A stretch of 63,266 nucleotides of DNA, filler included, from Octopus bimaculoides (lineage: Eukaryota), in NCBI RefSeq assembly GCF_001194135.2. It is 7 parts of 7 records of this genome, joined end to end, with 100 filler letters (N's around TTAATTAATTAA, not from the genome) between each part and the next. Parts side by side here need not be neighbours in the genome. Positions count along the whole stretch, not along the records: positions 60,804 to 63,266 come from NC_068985.1; 6 more parts are not named here. The stretch is one strand, 5' to 3'. The notes under the pieces are model-generated. The model saw nothing but the letters and a program-made list of their open reading frames with translations, was not told the DNA's origin and made no database searches. The position numbers and the translations under genes were made by a program. The number at the start of each line of letters is the position of its first letter. The stretch's first letter is position 1. Below are positions 62,633 through 63,266 of the stretch, piece after piece.

Positions 62633-62845
62633 GGCGCGTGTGTGTGTGACTTCCGCTTGACAACCGTTGTTGGAGTATTTACATCCCCGTAACTTAGCGG
62701 CTCAGCAAAATAAACCGACAGAATATGTTACAGGCTTTAAAAAAGATTTGATTTCTGGGGTCGATTTGTTCGACTAAAAATTCTCCAAGGCGGTACCCCT
62801 GCATGGCCTTAGTCTAATGACTGAAATATGTAAAAGATAAAAGAC
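62447..62845 (+). mobile_element. SINE family A copy (diverged)
   Basis: Same head, body and tail motifs. Confidence 0.85.
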
Positions 62846-63266
62846 AAGGCAACATTGAAAAGAAGAAAATAAAAAATAAAAAACAAACTCTAATATTGTG
62901 TTAGATAAAGAATAAATAAGTGAATTAAACCAAACCCTGACTTAAAAACAAATACTTAGGAACCAATAAACTTCACAAAGTACAACACACAGCTGAAAGA
63001 AATGATTATATTTAAACCGTATTTAAGGCAACGAGCTGGCAGAATCGTTAGCACGTCGGGAAAAATGCTTAGCGGTATTTTGTCTGTATGATACCGGTTG
63101 AGGTGCTTAGCGGTGTAGCGACTCCGTGAGATTGGATTGTTACTAGTTATTTGAGTGCGTCTGTACAGTAAGTGCAAGTTTCCATTAACTGTTTTTGTGT
63201 GTTCTTGTCATAACTATTGTGTGATAGTCTTCGTTTGAAAACTATCGTGTGTTTCCCCTATGGGGG

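Overview
Eukaryotic, AT-rich, microsatellite- and retroposon-saturated scaffold with many N gaps. The SINE/RTE families and microsatellite density point to an octopod cephalopod (Octopus); this is my recognition, not a database result. Almost all listed six-frame ORFs are artefacts of simple repeats or N runs. Real content: (1) a fragmented minus-strand multi-exon gene. Three phase-compatible exons (43595-43729, 41208-41344, 24710-24842), a probable fourth (21603-21665) and a possible start exon (54535-54583) give a protein of unknown family with a signal-peptide-like N-terminus. (2) Two canonical 72-nt LRR exons (48892-48963, 48193-48264) plus a dead copy, in tandemly duplicated exon+intron modules whose phase does not fit the surrounding gene. 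(3) A layered TE fossil record: a mariner with TIRs, Helitrons, two Naiad-type Penelope copies (one split by nested insertions), RTE LINEs of several ages, CR1, L1/Tx1 and RLE-clade relics, at least three tRNA-SINE families, and hAT and piggyBac-like MITEs. (4) Structural oddities: an inverted pair of hammerhead-like motifs, a 261-bp foldback, a perfect 70-bp palindrome, and two CRE+octamer+CCAAT clusters. Six TTAATTAATTAA islands in 100-bp gaps are assembly linkers. No rRNA, bona fide tRNA or CRISPR array was found.
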